A stretch of DNA of 36,424 nt from a virus (lineage: Duplodnaviria; Heunggongvirae; Uroviricota; Caudoviricetes): positions 1-36,424 of IMG/VR virus record IMGVR_UViG_3300046474_000274; one strand, given 5' to 3'. Position 1 is the stretch's first letter; the number at the start of each line of letters is the position of its first letter. Of the stretch, positions 33,937 through 36,424 are shown piece after piece. The position numbers were made by a program, and so were the translations under genes. The notes beneath the pieces are model-generated. The model was not told the DNA's origin. It did no database searches and saw nothing but the letters and a program-made list of their open reading frames with translations.

Positions 33937-33962
33937 GCTCTCCGATCGCGAAATCGCTATAA
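33937..33962 (+). promoter_or_regulatory. Promoter-like motif, GCGATCCC-N11-GCTATAA class
   Basis: GCTCTCCG-N11-GCTATAA. Confidence 0.5.
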
Positions 33963-33988
33963 TTTCAGTATCAACAAGGAACCACAAC

Positions 33989-34564
33989 ATGACGACTCCC
34001 ACGACGGCCGACGCCGCGAAGGAGCAGACCTCCTATCAGGTCCGCGACTTCATCGATGCTGCACAGTTGAAGCGCGACCTCGCCTTCTCCCCGAACAATC
34101 TGACCGACGCCATGATCTCCCAGGCGTCCATGTTCTCATATTATGGCGTTCTCGCCGCTGACGCCGCAAAGCAGGTCGACGTGGTGAAGATGCTCCTGGA
34201 GAACACCGAGGCTGCTGTCTCGCAGATCGTCCGTAACGAAGCGGCAACGGCCGGCGAGAAGATCACCGAAGGCGCGATCGCGACCCGCATCGCCCGTCAT
34301 CCGCGCGTCGTCGGGATGAAGAAGGCGCTGAACGATGCCAAGCGCGTCGAGGCGATCGGCAAGACCGCTGTTGAGTCCTTCCGGCACCGGCGCGACATGC
34401 TGGTGCAGCTCGGCCTGATCTCCCGCGAGGAGATGAAGGGTGAGTTGTCCATCCGCGAAAAGTCGGCACGCGAAGACGCGGTCGAGCAGTCCAAGCAGAG
34501 CACGCTCGATCGTCTTGCGCGCCGCAATGGCGTTCAGGCAGCGGACGAAAATTCCGTAAATTAA
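33989..34564 (+). CDS. Helical protein, possibly a UvsY-like recombination mediator
   Basis: KITEGAIATRI...HP...ALNDAKR...AVESFRHRRDMLVQLG resembles T4 UvsY-like proteins from memory; near the gp32-like SSB. Confidence 0.5.
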   Translation: MTTPTTADAAKEQTSYQVRDFIDAAQLKRDLAFSPNNLTDAMISQASMFSYYGVLAADAAKQVDVVKMLLENTEAAVSQIVRNEAATAGEKITEGAIATRIARHPRVVGMKKALNDAKRVEAIGKTAVESFRHRRDMLVQLGLISREEMKGELSIREKSAREDAVEQSKQSTLDRLARRNGVQAADENSVN

Positions 34565-34566
34565 GT

Positions 34567-34612
34567 GCAATCCCTCGTCATTTACGCTATAAAGTAAGTA
34601 AGCACTTACTTA
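34567..34612 (+). promoter_or_regulatory. Promoter-like motif followed immediately by an 18-bp operator
   Basis: GCAATCCC-N11-GCTATAA (34567-34592), then TAAGTAAG-CA-CTTACTTA (34595-34612). Confidence 0.75.
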
Positions 34613-34641
34613 GTGTGACGCCCTTCAAAAGGAAGATCCTC

Positions 34642-34905
34642 ATGGACGCATTCATTGCATATCTCCGTAAGTTCCTTGGCCTGGAACTGACCATCGATCG
34701 TGTCGTCGCCCGTCAGAGCAAGGTCGTTCGCGACCTCGACAAGCTCGAAACGTTGCACGTCACCAAGGCTGAAAAGGCGGAGAGCAAGGCAGCCAAGGCC
34801 GCAGCCAAGGCCGAGGAAGCTCGCCTCGAAGCTGCTGACGCAGCCGAACTGTCGAACAACTGGAAGAATTCTGGCCTGGTCCGTCCGTCCCGCAAGGCGG
34901 CCTGA
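34642..34905 (+). CDS. Small Ala/Lys-rich hypothetical protein (87 aa)
   Basis: ATG 34642 with AAAGGAA upstream; coiled-coil-like AESKAAKAAAKAEEA. Confidence 0.6.
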   Translation: MDAFIAYLRKFLGLELTIDRVVARQSKVVRDLDKLETLHVTKAEKAESKAAKAAAKAEEARLEAADAAELSNNWKNSGLVRPSRKAA

Positions 34906-34920
34906 CCACTCGGGACTTGA

Positions 34921-34946
34921 GCGATCCCATCGACACATCGCTATAA
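34921..34946 (+). promoter_or_regulatory. Promoter-like motif, GCGATCCC-N11-GCTATAA class, followed by an operator half-site
   Basis: Exact GCGATCCC-N11-GCTATAA; TAAGTAAG at 34944-34951. Confidence 0.6.
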
Positions 34947-35023
34947 GTAAGTAGCTAGATAGCTGGATAGCTATCAAGGCAAGTCGAAAGCACAAAGCAC
35001 AAAAGCACGAAGGAACTAAGCAT

Positions 35024-36064
35024 ATGGCTCTCAGCCCTGAACTGAAGAAGGCGGTCTCCGGCGCCAAGAACAAGTATTCTGGCGGCTCCAGCAAGACCGT
35101 TAAGCCCAAGGACGGTCGCAATACCTACCGTCTTCTGGCCCCGACCCCTGCCCAGGCTCCCTGGGTTCCGGCTTCCGGCCAGTATTGGGCCGATCTCGGC
35201 GTTCACTGGATCAAGGCAGACAAGAACGGCAAGCCGCTGGCTGTCGTCGGCGACTGCGACACGGTTTACCAGCAGCCGTCCGTCCTGAACACCGCGATCG
35301 AAATGGCGATCAACTCGGCGATGGATGAAGAATCCAAGGAGCTCTACAACGAGTGGAAGGCCAAGAAGTCGGTCCTCCTCAACGTTGTCGATCGCTCCGG
35401 TAACGCCGACGAGGCCGTTCCGCTCGAACTGACCGGCACCACCTTCGGCAAGGTCATGGATCTCGTTGGCGTCTACGACGACGCTGGTCGCGATCTGACC
35501 GACCCGCTGACCGGTGTCGACATCATCATCACCAAGACCGGCAAGGGTCTGAATACCAAGTATGAGGTGATGGTCGATCCGGCTCCGTCCAAGCCCGTCA
35601 GCCCCGAGGTTCTCTCGCGGACGGTCGATCTGCACGCCTTCATCGCGCAGAACTTCTTCCGCGGTGAAGAACAGAAGGCACTGAACTGCATCGCGCAGAT
35701 CGCCGGTGTCGCTGTTCCGGCTCTGACTGGTCCTGCTACTTCGGCCGGCGTTCGCACGCCGACTGCTGCACTGTCCTCGCCCGCCGCTGCTGTTGCAGAC
35801 GCCTCGGTAGCTTCTGCTGCCGCTGCACCTGCCACGACTGCTGCCGCTCCGGCCCCGGCCGCTGCTGCTGCCCCGGTCGAAGATCCGGCTATCGCCGCAC
35901 GTCGCGCCGAAATCCTGCGTCGCCAGCAGGAAGCCGAAGCTGAGCTCGCCGCGCTCTCGCAGCCGACGGCTCCTGCCGAAACCGCAGCTCCCGCGGCCGG
36001 CATCTCCTCGCTGCCTGTTTCCGAACAGGACGCGATCCTCGCGGAACTCGATAACCTCGTGTGA
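35024..36064 (+). CDS. Single-stranded DNA-binding protein (T4 gp32-like)
   Basis: KPKDGRNTYRLL...GVHWIK...LTDPLTGVDIIITKTGKGLNTKYEV core, Ala/Pro linker, acidic-hydrophobic tail DAILAELDNLV. Confidence 0.75.
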   Translation: MALSPELKKAVSGAKNKYSGGSSKTVKPKDGRNTYRLLAPTPAQAPWVPASGQYWADLGVHWIKADKNGKPLAVVGDCDTVYQQPSVLNTAIEMAINSAMDEESKELYNEWKAKKSVLLNVVDRSGNADEAVPLELTGTTFGKVMDLVGVYDDAGRDLTDPLTGVDIIITKTGKGLNTKYEVMVDPAPSKPVSPEVLSRTVDLHAFIAQNFFRGEEQKALNCIAQIAGVAVPALTGPATSAGVRTPTAALSSPAAAVADASVASAAAAPATTAAAPAPAAAAAPVEDPAIAARRAEILRRQQEAEAELAALSQPTAPAETAAPAAGISSLPVSEQDAILAELDNLV

Positions 36065-36126
36065 CGCTAATGCCGAGCGGGATCCCCTCCCCGCTCTGGC
36101 CGCCTCATCGTCGCGGATGAGGCTTT

Positions 36127-36168
36127 GCGACGGCACCACCGCCCTCCTGGTGCCGTCGCTTTTCTCTT
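36127..36168 (+). terminator. Intrinsic terminator after SSB
   Basis: Perfect 12-bp stem GCGACGGCACCA/TGGTGCCGTCGC followed by TTTTCTCTT. Confidence 0.8.
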
Positions 36169-36179
36169 GAGAGGTTTCA

Positions 36180-36424
36180 ATGACCAATTATTCCCTGATC
36201 GACGGCAATTCACTCGGTCACTACTACAACAATGCCAAGCCGCTCTCGATCGGCGAGGTCCAGGTTCAGGCGATCTATTACCTGTTGAGGGGCCTTCGCT
36301 CGCACATTGCGAGCTTCCAGGATTATCAGCCGGTCGTCCTCTGGGATGGCGCGTCGTGGCGCAAGCTCATGTTCGCTGCCTACAAGGACAACCGCGACAA
36401 GAAGGAAACGAAGAACGAGATCCG
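36180..36424 (+). CDS. 5'-3' exonuclease / flap endonuclease (PolI N-terminal / RNase H-like), 3'-truncated by window
   Basis: Hand translation MTNYSLIDGNSLG...VVLWDGASWRKLMFAAYKDNRDK matches LIDG, WD, WRK and YKxNR motifs; GAGAGG RBS. Confidence 0.85.
   Translation, partial: MTNYSLIDGNSLGHYYNNAKPLSIGEVQVQAIYYLLRGLRSHIASFQDYQPVVLWDGASWRKLMFAAYKDNRDKKETKNEI

Larger units (their letters stand above)
1..36424. mobile_element. Internal segment of a temperate phage-plasmid (siphovirus tail, lysis cassette, own replisome, RepC plasmid replicon); both ends lie outside the window
   Basis: Lambda-like tail genes, a lysis cassette, DnaE/helicase/primase/ligase/SSB and a RepC initiator with ctRNA occur together. 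No host housekeeping operons and no integrase or att site were seen in the window. Confidence 0.9.

Noticed and set aside
2173-34612. Repeated 18-bp palindromes as a CRISPR array or transposon ends
   Set aside because: Copies are dispersed singly in intergenic gaps, with no regular spacers, cas genes or transposase.
1-36424. tRNA or rRNA genes
   Set aside because: No cloverleaf-like or rRNA-like sequence was seen in any intergenic gap; a tRNAscan run would be the formal check.

Overview
The window is a 36-kb internal segment of a large temperate phage-plasmid, probably from a rhizobial (Alphaproteobacterial) host. Almost every gene is on the + strand. It opens with a lambda-like siphovirus tail module: the tape measure C-terminus, gpM/L/K/I-like genes, a 2067-aa gpJ-like tip protein and two fibre-associated small genes. 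A five-gene lysis cassette follows (two membrane proteins, SAR-type GH24 endolysin, overlapping i-/o-spanins). Next come a metallophosphoesterase resembling T5 A1, PhoH, and the element's own replisome genes (DnaB-like helicase, primase, ATP-dependent ligase). A minus-strand plasmid replicon sits in the middle: RHH gene, counter-transcribed RNA and repC, with no adjacent repA/repB, flanked by a dif-like Xer site and a small hydrophobic ORF. After it come an XRE regulator, a CobT/CobS-like vWA/AAA pair, a sigma70-like protein, DnaE fused to a UDG-like domain, a gp32-like SSB and a truncated 5'-3' exonuclease. As I recall it, this gene order resembles SSU5/pHCM2-type phage-plasmids; no search was run. 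Two intergenic motif families recur: an 18-bp palindrome TAAGTA-N6-TACTTA (10 good copies, probable repressor operator) and a promoter-like GCGATCCC-N11-GCTATAA motif (8 copies). All calls come from reading the sequence by eye.
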